Positions 44,139 through 53,615 of a stretch of DNA of 64,000 nucleotides are shown piece after piece. Made by a program: the position numbers and the translations under genes. Positions within the stretch are counted from its first letter, which is position 1, and every line of letters starts with the position of its first letter. This DNA comes from an uncultured bacterium (GTDB lineage Bacteria; Chlamydiota; Chlamydiia; Chlamydiales; SM23-39): assembly GCA_964458995.1 (NCBI GenBank), contig CAYWKW010000001.1:3462-67461 (forward strand). The letters are read 5' to 3'. Under the pieces are notes generated by a model. It was not told the origin of the DNA, searched no databases, and saw only the letters and a list, made by a program, of their open reading frames with translations.

Positions 44139-45284
44139 CTATGTAGGGCTGGGTTGTTTAATGGAAGACGTTTGATATTTTTTTATTGCAAGACCGATCA
44201 TATAGACACCAAAAAGAGTGGATACAGTGTGAAGCCCTGTTAAGTAGGCATTTATGGGCAATGTTAAGATTCCTGGGAGGGAATAAAAGGACATAGCTAC
44301 GCAAAAGGGAATCAGAGTTCGGAATGGGGGTCTTACGTATAAGAGAAGGAGCAACCCAAAGTTTGCAAATTTGATAATTTTAAAGACGATCACGAATAAT
44401 TTAGTCAGAATGTTTTTAATTATAAAAAGTGGATCGTTCTTAAAAATGGAAAAACACTCATTTCGTAAGATCTTTTCATATTCTATCGAACAGTATTTGA
44501 CTTGGGGTTTTATGGAATCGACTTTTCTCGCTGAACACATATCAGCCCACTCGATGCCGTAATTATTTTTCAAATAAGAGAGCCCGATATAAATATTATG
44601 CCATTTGGGGTGAACAATGGGTTCGCTTACATAGTTAGGAACATGATTCACAAGAAATTGATCTCTTTGTTTTTCTAAAATACCGAAATGTAAATAAGGC
44701 ATCACAGCAAAAAGAATCAAAATTAAAATGGATTTATTCTTGTCCTGTTTTGTTAGTTCAGTGTTCAATAGAATCCAAGAAAGGATGAATAAAAGAGAAC
44801 CTGTTCCAGCATGAGAGCGCAAGATATTGCAATAGCCAATGACCCATCCGCTGAATGCGAGCGAACCGATTAAGAGCCAATTGAACTTGCGATGGGGTGA
44901 GAGAAATAGGGGAATAGTAGACGCGGCGGCGACAAATGAGAAGGTGTAAACATCAAAATAGCAATACCTTACAAGTAAAAGGACCGCCACGAGAGAAAAG
45001 AGCCAAGAAATCCAGTGTCGAGACAGATTGAACAAACAACCAAGAGAAATGAGAACTCCCATTAACATCAGAGAACTAAAGAAAAACTCAGTTGCTGAAT
45101 GAAGGGGGATTCCAAATGTTTTTGTAATCCAGGGGATGAAGTAGTACATTCCTTGGTCATCGGCGAAACCTGCAGGGAGATAAGTCCCCTCGAAAAGGGC
45201 GACTAGCGGAGTGTCGGACGCTTGATACCCATCCAGAGCGGCTTGAAGCTGCGTGCGTCTGCAATCCATCATGTCCATAATCAA
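44139..45284 (-). CDS. Polytopic membrane protein, paralog C
   Basis: See paralog A. Motifs are MDCRRTQLQAALDG, FADDQGMYYFIP, GYCNILRSHAGTGSLLF, HPKWHNIYIGLSY and YCSIEYEKILRN. Confidence 0.6.
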   Translation of the reverse strand: MIMDMMDCRRTQLQAALDGYQASDTPLVALFEGTYLPAGFADDQGMYYFIPWITKTFGIPLHSATEFFFSSLMLMGVLISLGCLFNLSRHWISWLFSLVAVLLLVRYCYFDVYTFSFVAAASTIPLFLSPHRKFNWLLIGSLAFSGWVIGYCNILRSHAGTGSLLFILSWILLNTELTKQDKNKSILILILFAVMPYLHFGILEKQRDQFLVNHVPNYVSEPIVHPKWHNIYIGLSYLKNNYGIEWADMCSARKVDSIKPQVKYCSIEYEKILRNECFSIFKNDPLFIIKNILTKLFVIVFKIIKFANFGLLLLLYVRPPFRTLIPFCVAMSFYSLPGILTLPINAYLTGLHTVSTLFGVYMIGLAIKKYQTSSIKQPSPT

Positions 45285-45412
45285 TCTACCCCTTTATCTC
45301 CATGCGCTGCATTTAAACCAGCAACGAGGGCAGCTTGATGGCCAAAATTGCGAGTGAATCGAATCAGACGGACGTTTTGATTTTCTCGTTGCAGCTTTTT
45401 GCACCTCCGGCC
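45281..45412 (-). pseudogene. Relic of a second ArnC/GtrB-like GT2 gene (~40 codons)
   Basis: The minus-strand translation GRRCKKLQRENQNVRLIRFTRNFGHQAALVAGLNAAHGDKGVD* parallels [38 protein letters not shown] of the intact GT2 at 42028-43002. It has no start codon and is bounded by stops. Confidence 0.75.
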
Positions 45413-45415
45413 TCA

Positions 45416-46339
45416 TTAGGTTCCTAGCACCATTTTTGAAAGGCCTTGCGTCAAATTGAATTGGGCCTTAAAACCGAGCTCTTGGGCCGCCCTTTTTGGG
45501 TCGCCTAAAGAAGTTCTAATATCGCCTAAACGCTCTGGTAAAAACCGCAATTGTAATGGATGCTGAATAAAATTTGCAACTTCTTTTGCTAGAGCAAGAA
45601 TAGAACTTTTTTTGCCTGTACAAATGTTATAAACTCTAGGCAAAACCCCATTTTTGCAAGAGTCAAAAGCTCGAATCAGGGCGGTTACAACATCTTCAAT
45701 ATAAACAAAATCGCGAACTTGTTCTCCATCTCCATAAATGGAAACGGGCAGCCGGTTTCTGATTTTTTCTGTGAAGATGGAAATCACTCCTGAATAGGGA
45801 GAAAGTGGATCTTGCCGAGGGCCAAAAACATTAAAAAATCGGAGTCCTACAGTCGGAATCCCATGAACCAGAGTCGCAATATTTGCGTGGAGTTCTGTGG
45901 CGAGTTTATCGACCCCGTAAGCCGACAGAGGAATCGAGCCCATGGTTTCTCTCAATGGGGGCTCTAAATTCCCATAAACAGCTGCGGATGAAGCATATAC
46001 AATTGGGATCTTTTTTTTAGGCAAGAGATGTTTGGCTGCATCAAAAACGGTAATGCTCCCCATGAAGTTGACCCTGCTGCATCCAAGCCAATCTTGGTGC
46101 GCTCGAAAAACCGAAGGAACAGCAGCCAAGTGGAAGCAGCCGTCAGCCTGATTCATCAATTCCAGAACAAGGGCGAAATCGGCGACATCGCCTTGAACAA
46201 ACTGGGCTTGGGGAGGAACATTTTCCAAGCGCCCCGTTGACAAATTATCTAAAATGAGAACCCGGTGCCCTTCAGCAAGGAGCCGATCGGAAAGATGGGA
46301 CCCGATAAATCCCGCTCCTCCCGTGATTAAGAACCGCAT
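45416..46339 (-). CDS. NAD-dependent nucleotide-sugar epimerase/dehydratase (extended SDR)
   Basis: MRFLITGGAGFIGSHL Rossmann motif, SSAAVYG, and the catalytic YGVDK (YxxxK). Confidence 0.8.
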   Translation of the reverse strand: MRFLITGGAGFIGSHLSDRLLAEGHRVLILDNLSTGRLENVPPQAQFVQGDVADFALVLELMNQADGCFHLAAVPSVFRAHQDWLGCSRVNFMGSITVFDAAKHLLPKKKIPIVYASSAAVYGNLEPPLRETMGSIPLSAYGVDKLATELHANIATLVHGIPTVGLRFFNVFGPRQDPLSPYSGVISIFTEKIRNRLPVSIYGDGEQVRDFVYIEDVVTALIRAFDSCKNGVLPRVYNICTGKKSSILALAKEVANFIQHPLQLRFLPERLGDIRTSLGDPKRAAQELGFKAQFNLTQGLSKMVLGT

Positions 46340-46345
46340 GCTTAC

Positions 46346-46759
46346 CTATCTAAAAAGCGAGATGACCCCAGTAAAGATAAGAAAAATACCCAAGATTTTA
46401 GAAAAAGTCAAAGGCTCATGAAAATAGAACAATGATAGGGTTACAAGAACAAGTAAATTCACTCCAATTGCTACGGGATAAGCTTTCGATATTTCCAGAT
46501 GAGCTAATGCTAAAATCCATGCCCCTGTAGCCACACTGATGGAAACTAACCCCACCCAAGTTTGCCAAGATGAAAAAAGGGTAATGAAGAAAGAAAAAAT
46601 AGATTGTGGCGAAGAAAAATTCCATGAGCCCAATTTTTGGACCTGATTTTTTATGATAAAAGCGCCCAAAGAATTAAAAACGACAAAAAACAAAACCATG
46701 CCCCATCCGAGGATCAAGGTTTTTGCAGCGGGTAAAGTTTTGACTAGGTTCTCTCGCAT
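46346..46759 (-). CDS. Small 4-TM DMT/SMR-like (EamA-type; ArnE/ArnF-like) membrane protein, candidate lipid-linked sugar flippase
   Basis: 137 aa with four hydrophobic helices. The C-terminal half (AYPVAIGVNLLVLVTLSLFYFHEPLTFSKILGIFLIFTGVISL) resembles EamA/SMR transporters. Confidence 0.5.
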   Translation of the reverse strand: MRENLVKTLPAAKTLILGWGMVLFFVVFNSLGAFIIKNQVQKLGSWNFSSPQSIFSFFITLFSSWQTWVGLVSISVATGAWILALAHLEISKAYPVAIGVNLLVLVTLSLFYFHEPLTFSKILGIFLIFTGVISLFR

Positions 46760-48375
46760 AGCTTCTCAATGATCTTTCGAGTATGTTCTTTCCATGTAAA
46801 CTTTGCAACAACCTCTTCTCGGGCAGCCTGCCCTAAATGTTGCCGCAAAACGGGATCTCCGATCAATGTCTTTAGTCCATTCATGAGACTTTCGGGATCT
46901 CCCGGTTTGACCATCCAGGCAGAGTGGTTGTGCTTCAAGATTTCTCCAATTTGATCGAGATCCGACGCGACGATCCCTTTGCCCATCGCCATATATTCAA
47001 ACAGTTTTGTCGGAGATCCGAAAAAGGGCGTTCCATCTGGATTCGGTACATGGGGAGAAACTAAAATGTCGCAAGCCGCTAAGTACGAGGGCCCCTTTTC
47101 CTGGTGAATGGTTCCAGTGAGGGTGCACGCCTCCATCGCGTTCCAACGATTCAGAGTTTCTTTTACAATAGGCATCGTGATCCCGTCTCCGATCATTAAA
47201 AGATGGACCCTTTTTCGCAGTTCCGGATGCATTTGCAATAATCTGCCAAAAGCTTCGGCCAATACTTCGGCCCCGTGCCATTGGCCAAAAGTTCCAATGA
47301 AGCCAAAGACTGTTTTGTTTTCTAATTCCAATAATTTGCGTATTTTAGAGCCTTCAATGGAAGGAGAATATTTTTCCGTATCGACGCCATTGGGGTTTAC
47401 TAATATCTTTTCACCTGCAATTCCTTTTGCCATCAGTTCGTTTTTAAGCGGCTGACTGACCACAACAATCACATCAGCGGAATGAATATTGAGTAGCTCT
47501 ATCTGTTCTGCAAGAGATTCATATCGCAATGCATTTCCCCAATTGCGGTTGACCCAGATCTCAGAGCCATTGAATTCCAAAACAAAGGGAACGCGATAAT
47601 GGCGGGCTAATTTGACCCCAGAAAAGTTATTTAAACTATACCGCTGGTAGATAAAGGAGGGCTTCCTGGAGCCAATCAGTTGCAGCGATGTATTAAAGAA
47701 AACGCGATTGTAAACAAAGAGGGGCATTTCGCTAAAATTCCAGAAAGAATCACCGGGAAAAATGATGTGGGATTCCAGCTCGGAATTCACCGTGGGAATT
47801 GAGTCTGTCGTTAGAAAAATGGGTCTTCCTGTAAAGGAGCTTAAATTGTTCAAAACCCCAGCAATGTGTCCAACTGATCCCCCCGATTGGAGGCCAAAAC
47901 AGAGATCTGTTCTCAAATAGAGAGGTTGAAGGGAGAGCTCTAATGGTTTTTCTCCTTTTACACCTCCCTGTAGCAGGCCCATTACTTCTCTTCCCATTTC
48001 TCTTAAAAACCGTTTTTTAGTGAGCAAATCTTTTAATAATTTCGTGAAAAGAATAGCTAATAGGGAGAATGTGATCTTTTTAGAATTATTATTTCTGTCG
48101 ATCAAATAACTATCTTTTCTGGAAAGGGATTTTATGATTAAAGCCAAAGCAAAAGGTTTTGCAATCAATCGAAGATCATAAGTGATCATTTTGGATTCTC
48201 TATAGCGGAGCAAATGGGAAAAGATCTTCCCAGATTTAATCCAATATTTCAATTCACTTATAGAGATGGAAGTGTGTTCTATGGGTGGAGGTTTCCCTAC
48301 AACGTAGGGCGAATAATAAGAAACAGTGATTTTGCTCATAGGTTCCAACACCTCCTCACAGTGGGTGTGTTGCAT
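46744..48375 (-). CDS. Glycosyltransferase, GT4 (group 1) with an extended N-terminal region
   Basis: The C-terminal GT-B motifs are GFIGTFGQWHGAEVL, LLMIGDG, FGSPTKLFEYMAMGKGIVASD (E-x7-E region) and GDPESL. Confidence 0.75.
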   Translation of the reverse strand: MQHTHCEEVLEPMSKITVSYYSPYVVGKPPPIEHTSISISELKYWIKSGKIFSHLLRYRESKMITYDLRLIAKPFALALIIKSLSRKDSYLIDRNNNSKKITFSLLAILFTKLLKDLLTKKRFLREMGREVMGLLQGGVKGEKPLELSLQPLYLRTDLCFGLQSGGSVGHIAGVLNNLSSFTGRPIFLTTDSIPTVNSELESHIIFPGDSFWNFSEMPLFVYNRVFFNTSLQLIGSRKPSFIYQRYSLNNFSGVKLARHYRVPFVLEFNGSEIWVNRNWGNALRYESLAEQIELLNIHSADVIVVVSQPLKNELMAKGIAGEKILVNPNGVDTEKYSPSIEGSKIRKLLELENKTVFGFIGTFGQWHGAEVLAEAFGRLLQMHPELRKRVHLLMIGDGITMPIVKETLNRWNAMEACTLTGTIHQEKGPSYLAACDILVSPHVPNPDGTPFFGSPTKLFEYMAMGKGIVASDLDQIGEILKHNHSAWMVKPGDPESLMNGLKTLIGDPVLRQHLGQAAREEVVAKFTWKEHTRKIIEKLCERT

Positions 48376-48472
48376 AACCCCCCTAACGTGAACGTTTGCG
48401 TTTGCGTGGCCATTTCCGAATGGGGCAGCGGGGGCTTCTCCCGACTGCCTTGTCTAAAAATCATTTGATAAT

Positions 48473-48643
48473 ATACCGAAACAACCTGAACAATCGGTTT
48501 CTGGCTTCGTCGGACAGCCACTAAATTTGAGATCCGCCTGCATCGCTAAACTTTTTAAGTTTAGCTGCTTCGGCGCCGCTTCGCTGACTCAAATTCAGGG
48601 CGCCTCCTTGCCAGATTCCCGATTCTTCAAGTAGTTTCGGTAT
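48473..48643. repeat. 171-bp imperfect long palindrome (MITE-like or structured RNA)
   Basis: The left arm is ataccgaaacaacctgaacaatcggtttctggc.... The reverse complement of the right arm is ataccgaaactacttgaagaatcgggaatctggc.... The central stem-loop is gctaaac-tttttaa-gtttagc near 48555. It lies in the divergent intergenic region between the GT4 gene and the aminotransferase gene. Confidence 0.7.
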
Positions 48644-48877
48644 ACAAACCCATGGGCCACAAACGTGACTGGAAGCAGTATAACAAACAGGTAGTGAATC
48701 GTGGCAAGATCAATTTTTGGATCAAGCCAGAAGCCCTAGAAGGGCTTTCTTTTGAATTCACTTGAGTATGTTGGCCGCCACGATGATGCAAATCTATTTG
48801 ATTGGCAACCTAACCGTTTTTGGTGTAGGTTTAAATGCTTGGATTTCTCTAAGAAATCGGTTTAATCGGAGAGCAGC

Positions 48878-49987
48878 ATGAACAAAAAAATTGGATGGTT
48901 TTATCCCGTCTTTGGCGAAAGTGAAAAAAATGCCGTAGTGAAAGTTCTTGAAAGTCAATACATCAATGATGGCGATGTCACTCGTGGCTTTGAAGAAAAA
49001 ATAGCTACCTTTCTTGGATGCCGCCATTGCATCGCTGTGACGAGCGGAACTGCGGCTATTGCTTTGAGTTTGATGGCTTTGGGTATCGGCCCCGGAGATG
49101 AGGTCATCATTCCCGATTTGACCTTTGCGGCAACAGCCAATGCCGTCCATTTGGCAGGCGCCAAAGTAAAGCTGGTAGATATTGAACCGGTCCGTTTTAC
49201 TATCGATCCCAATCGAATTGAAGCGGCGATTACCTCAAGAACCAAGGCAATCATTCCTGTCGATGTCAACGGGCGCGGCGCTCGGTATGACCTCATTGAA
49301 AAAATAGCAAAAAAGAACAAATTGGCAGTTGTTTGCGATTCAGCTGAAGCTTTGGGATCGAAATACAAGGGACGCTACTTAGGAACCTATGGGGATATGG
49401 GATGTTTCTCTTTTTCCGCCAATAAGACGATATCTTCAGGCCAAGGCGGCATGATCGCCACCAATAACAGCGATCTCTACTATCGACTTCGCGAGCTCAA
49501 AGACCAGGGCCGTAGGTTCGGGGGAACGGGGGGAGATGACCTCCACCCCGTTGTGGGATATAATTTCAAATATACGAATTTGCAAGCAGCCGTGGCCTTG
49601 GCCCAATTTGAGAGAATGGGCGAGAGGGTTTGCCACTTCCAAAAACGGGATCAGTGGTATCAGGAATTTTTAAAACAGGGCGATGTATATACGCTGCCTC
49701 CGCTTCCCAATGATGGGGAAGTAAGGCAGTGGACCGATCTTCTCTGCGAAGAGAGACCTAGGATCGAACAAGCATTAAAGGGACAAAATATCGATTTCCG
49801 TCCCTTTTGGTTCCCCATCCATAGGCAAAAGCCCTATTTGTTGCCTGACGAGGGATTCGAAAATGCCATTCAAGTTTCCAAAAATGGACTATGGCTTCCC
49901 TCCTTTTTCGAAATCACCAAAGAAGATATTCAAATAGTCTCTCAAGTTATCCGTCAAGAATGTTCTCAAGCCGTTGGAGCTTCATGA
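48878..49987 (+). CDS. PLP-dependent nucleotide-sugar aminotransferase (DegT/DnrJ/EryC1/StrS; WbpE/ArnB-like)
   Basis: VTSGTAAIALSLMALGIGPGDEVIIPDLTFAATANAV, DSAEALGS and FSFSANKTISSGQGGMI (PLP Lys). Confidence 0.85.
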   Translation: MNKKIGWFYPVFGESEKNAVVKVLESQYINDGDVTRGFEEKIATFLGCRHCIAVTSGTAAIALSLMALGIGPGDEVIIPDLTFAATANAVHLAGAKVKLVDIEPVRFTIDPNRIEAAITSRTKAIIPVDVNGRGARYDLIEKIAKKNKLAVVCDSAEALGSKYKGRYLGTYGDMGCFSFSANKTISSGQGGMIATNNSDLYYRLRELKDQGRRFGGTGGDDLHPVVGYNFKYTNLQAAVALAQFERMGERVCHFQKRDQWYQEFLKQGDVYTLPPLPNDGEVRQWTDLLCEERPRIEQALKGQNIDFRPFWFPIHRQKPYLLPDEGFENAIQVSKNGLWLPSFFEITKEDIQIVSQVIRQECSQAVGAS

Positions 49988-51357
49988 AAAAATCGATCAT
50001 TGATATTCAAGTGCCTCTCGATTTCCCCGATCGGAATGTCTGTATTTTGGGCTTGGGCTTTGTAGGCGTTACTTTAGCCACTGCTATGGCTGAAGTGGGA
50101 TTTCAAGTGACAGGAGTGGAAATTCGAGAGGATGTTGTTGAAAAATTGCGCTCCGGAAGCGCCCATTTTTTTGAGCCCGGTCTTTCGACGCAATTGAAAA
50201 AAGTGATCGAAAATGGGCAATTAAAAGTCTTTAATCAAATTCCAGAAAATTGCAATGCCACCGTTTTTATTATCACGGTAGGAACACCCTTAGACGATCA
50301 TAAAAATATCAATCTGAATAGCATCCAAAATATCATTCAGGGAATTGCAAAAAGACTGAAGAATGGAGATCTAATCATTTTACGTTCGACTGTGAAATTG
50401 GGCACGACTCGATCGGTCGTCAAGGCGAAATTGATGGAAGCGGGTAAATCTTTTGAAATCGCTTTTTGCCCAGAGAGGACAGTGGAAGGGCAGGCGATGG
50501 CGGAATTGCGCTATTTGCCTCAAGTCATTGGTGCAGACAACTTGTCAACCAATATCCGAGCAGGACATATTTTTCAATTTTTGACTCCCACCGTCTTACG
50601 AGTCAGCGATGTTGAAACGGCTGAAATGATCAAATTGATTGATAACACCAAAAGAGACGTTGTTTTTGGTTTTTCCAATGAAGTAGCTCGCCTTTGCGAT
50701 GCAGCGGGGCTTAGCGCCGAAGAGGTGATTAGCGTGGGACGATTTGGCTATTCGAGGGCCGATTTGCCCTCACCCGGTCCCGTGGGCGGTCCCTGTTTAT
50801 CCAAAGATTCTCACATTTTGGCCCAAAGCATGAAAGACTTCGGAGTTGTCCCTGAAATTACATTGGCAGCTCGAAAGGTTAATGAGACCCAGCCCAGCGA
50901 AGTGGCTCACTTCCTACAAAAATTGATCCAACGAAATAAGGCTTTTCCCAAAAATTTAAAAATTTCCCTTATGGGCATCGCTTTTAAAGGCAAACCTGCA
51001 ACTGATGACATTCGAGGCACGACTGCAAAGCCCATTTTTGATGCCTTGAAAAACGCCTTTCCTCAAGCCGATTTTTACGGATTCGATCCAGTGGTCTCTT
51101 CTGAAGCCATTCGAGAGTTTGGGCTTAAACCCAAAACGGATGCGCGAGAAGCTGTTTTGAACTCCCATGTTGTATTGATTTTGAATAACCACTCCTATTT
51201 TTCGGATCTCCCCTTAGAGAAATGGGCCGCAGAAATGATAAGACCCGGAATCATCTACGATTTTTGGAATAATTTTAGCCGGAATAATCTTTGCTTGCCC
51301 CCTGATGTCAAATACATCGCATTAGGAAGCCACAAATTTGCCACGGAAGTAGTATGA
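49984..51357 (+). CDS. UDP-sugar 6-dehydrogenase (UDP-glucose/GDP-mannose dehydrogenase family; WbpA/TviB/Ugd-like)
   Basis: The ATG at 49984 forms an ATGA overlap with the upstream stop. Motifs are ILGLGFVGVTLATAMAEVGF, FCPERTVEG, GGPCLSKD (catalytic Cys) and GIAFKGKPATDDIRGT. Confidence 0.8.
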   Translation: MKKSIIDIQVPLDFPDRNVCILGLGFVGVTLATAMAEVGFQVTGVEIREDVVEKLRSGSAHFFEPGLSTQLKKVIENGQLKVFNQIPENCNATVFIITVGTPLDDHKNINLNSIQNIIQGIAKRLKNGDLIILRSTVKLGTTRSVVKAKLMEAGKSFEIAFCPERTVEGQAMAELRYLPQVIGADNLSTNIRAGHIFQFLTPTVLRVSDVETAEMIKLIDNTKRDVVFGFSNEVARLCDAAGLSAEEVISVGRFGYSRADLPSPGPVGGPCLSKDSHILAQSMKDFGVVPEITLAARKVNETQPSEVAHFLQKLIQRNKAFPKNLKISLMGIAFKGKPATDDIRGTTAKPIFDALKNAFPQADFYGFDPVVSSEAIREFGLKPKTDAREAVLNSHVVLILNNHSYFSDLPLEKWAAEMIRPGIIYDFWNNFSRNNLCLPPDVKYIALGSHKFATEVV

Positions 51358-52343
51358 AAAAGCGCATTCTTGTTACGGGAGGAACCGGTTTTTTAGGAGC
51401 TGCGCTGGTCCGTAGGCTTGTTGGATTAGGACACCAAGTGCGTGTTTTAGATAATGGTTTTCGCTCTTCCGCAACCCGCCTTTCAGACATTTTGAAAAAA
51501 ATCGAATTGATCCAGGGAGATATTCGGGATCCGGCAACAGTTTCTCGAGTTATAGAGGGAATGGAGACCGTTTTTCATTTAGCTGCCATCAATGGGACTG
51601 AATTTTTCTATTCGAAACCTGCCCTCGTTCTCGATGTCGGCGTCCGCGGCATTTTAAATGTGATTGAAGGATGCCAAAAAAATAAAGTGGGCGACCTCAT
51701 CGTAGCATCAAGTTCCGAGGTCTATCAAACTCCCAAAAAAATTCCTACAGATGAAACAGAGAGTTTGATTGTTCCCGACGTATTAAATCCCCGCTATTCT
51801 TACGGGGGCTCAAAAATCATTACTGAGCTCTTAGTGGTCAATCAGTGCCGCACCGGTTTTCAACGCGCCATTCTCTTCCGGCCTCATAACGTATATGGCG
51901 CTGCCATGGGCTGGGAACATGTGATTCCTCAATTCATTTTACGAGCTATTGATACGATTGATGAAAAACCTTTTGGAACTGTTCCTTTCAAAATCCAAGG
52001 CGATGGTCACGAAACGAGAGCCTTTATTCATATTGATGACATGGTTGATGGAATGGTCCTTCTGTTAGAAAAAGGGAAGCACTTAAATATTTATCATATT
52101 GGCAATCCAGAAGAGGTTGCTATCGCAGATGTAGCGCGAAAAATCGTGTGCCATTTTGGAAGAGAATGCGAATTCATTCAGGGACCTTTGCAACAAGGTT
52201 CCACGCCTCGCCGCTGCCCCAATATCGATAAAATCAAGTCCTTGGGATTCAAGCCCAAAATTTCTCTCGATCAAGGACTTCCATCAGTCATTGATTGGCA
52301 TGCGGCCAATAAACCTAAGAAACTTAAGGAGACCCATTCATGA
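51354..52343 (+). CDS. NAD-dependent nucleotide-sugar epimerase/dehydratase/decarboxylase (extended SDR)
   Basis: ILVTGGTGFLGAALVRRL, SSSEVYQ and YSYGGSK (YxxxK). A 4-nt overlap links it to its neighbours. Confidence 0.8.
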   Translation: MKKRILVTGGTGFLGAALVRRLVGLGHQVRVLDNGFRSSATRLSDILKKIELIQGDIRDPATVSRVIEGMETVFHLAAINGTEFFYSKPALVLDVGVRGILNVIEGCQKNKVGDLIVASSSEVYQTPKKIPTDETESLIVPDVLNPRYSYGGSKIITELLVVNQCRTGFQRAILFRPHNVYGAAMGWEHVIPQFILRAIDTIDEKPFGTVPFKIQGDGHETRAFIHIDDMVDGMVLLLEKGKHLNIYHIGNPEEVAIADVARKIVCHFGRECEFIQGPLQQGSTPRRCPNIDKIKSLGFKPKISLDQGLPSVIDWHAANKPKKLKETHS

Positions 52344-53614
52344 ATCGACTCGATTCCCTGGATTCCAAACCTCTGAGCGCCTGTCAAATTTGTGGAAAAA
52401 CCCATCTTGAATCGATCCTTTTTCTGGGGTATGTTCCTCCGGTCAATGAGATGCTTCCGGTAAATTCGATTCCCGGTGTTGAAATGAGATTTCCTTTAGA
52501 ACTCAAAAGATGTCGCGATTGTACTTTAGTTCAAATTGGTTACGAAGTCGATCCTCGAATCCTATTTCCTCACACCTATCCCTATCTCAGCGGCACAACC
52601 AAAATTTTAAGGGAGAACTTCAGAGATTTAGCTCAAGAAGCCAATCGCTTGTTTCAGTTGACATCATTCGATTTAATCATCGACGTGGGCGCCAATGACG
52701 GCACACTTCTCGCTCCCTTTAAAGAATTTGGCCAAAAAGTATTGGGGATCGAGCCCTCTCAAGCCGCAGATGTAGCCCGACAAAAAGGGATTGAAATGAT
52801 CAAAGATTATTTCAGCTTTGCCAATGCCAAATCGGTCAAGGAGAAGTATGGCGCAGCGAAAATCATCACGGCAGCCAATGTTTTTGCCCATATCAAAGAC
52901 GTTCATGAAATCGTGAAAGGGATTCTCCATCTCTTGAAGCCAGATGGCATTTTCATTTCTGAATCTCATTATTTGTTAGATCTCGTTCAGACTCTACAAT
53001 ACGATACCATCTATCACGAGCATCTTCGCTACTATTCGTTGAAAAGTTTGATGAATCTCTTTGCACAGCACGGATTGGAAGTGATTCGCGTTAAGAGAAT
53101 CCCCACACATGGCGGATCGATTCGCGTTTACACAGCGCGCAAAGGACAACATCCTGTCGATCTTTCTGTGCCCCGCGCTCTTGCGGAAGAGGAGGCCTCA
53201 GGCCTTACAAACGGCTCTGTTTTTACCACATTCCGCAAACGAGTCATTGAATCGAAATTGGAACTCTATCGATTGATTGCCGATATCAAAGCGCAAGGCA
53301 AGAGAATTTATGGCATTGGAGCCCCTTCTCGAGCCAGCACTTTGATCAATTACGGAGCCCTGGATGATGGACTCATCGATGCGGTCATGGAAGTTTCCAA
53401 TTCGCATAAGCTCGATAAATACATTCCTGGAACACGCGTCCCTGTCCTCGATGAAAAAAAACTCTATACCGATCAGCCCGATTTCGTTCTCTTTTATTCA
53501 TGGCATATAGCCGAAGAACTCGCCCTGAATTTAAGAAAAAGAGGGTATCGAGGTGAGTTTATCGTCCCCTTGCCCACGCCCCGAATCTTCTCTTACGAAC
53601 TCGCAGGCGTGTAA
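52340..53614 (+). CDS. NDP-sugar C-methyltransferase (TylCIII/Coq-type, with an N-terminal Cys4 zinc-ribbon)
   Basis: CQICGK...CRDCTLVQ zinc motif, SAM motif IIDVGANDGTLL, and a C-terminal domain with IYGIGAPSRASTLINY, as in the sugar C-3/C-5 methyltransferase family. Confidence 0.7.
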   Translation: MNRLDSLDSKPLSACQICGKTHLESILFLGYVPPVNEMLPVNSIPGVEMRFPLELKRCRDCTLVQIGYEVDPRILFPHTYPYLSGTTKILRENFRDLAQEANRLFQLTSFDLIIDVGANDGTLLAPFKEFGQKVLGIEPSQAADVARQKGIEMIKDYFSFANAKSVKEKYGAAKIITAANVFAHIKDVHEIVKGILHLLKPDGIFISESHYLLDLVQTLQYDTIYHEHLRYYSLKSLMNLFAQHGLEVIRVKRIPTHGGSIRVYTARKGQHPVDLSVPRALAEEEASGLTNGSVFTTFRKRVIESKLELYRLIADIKAQGKRIYGIGAPSRASTLINYGALDDGLIDAVMEVSNSHKLDKYIPGTRVPVLDEKKLYTDQPDFVLFYSWHIAEELALNLRKRGYRGEFIVPLPTPRIFSYELAGV

Positions 53615-53615
53615 G

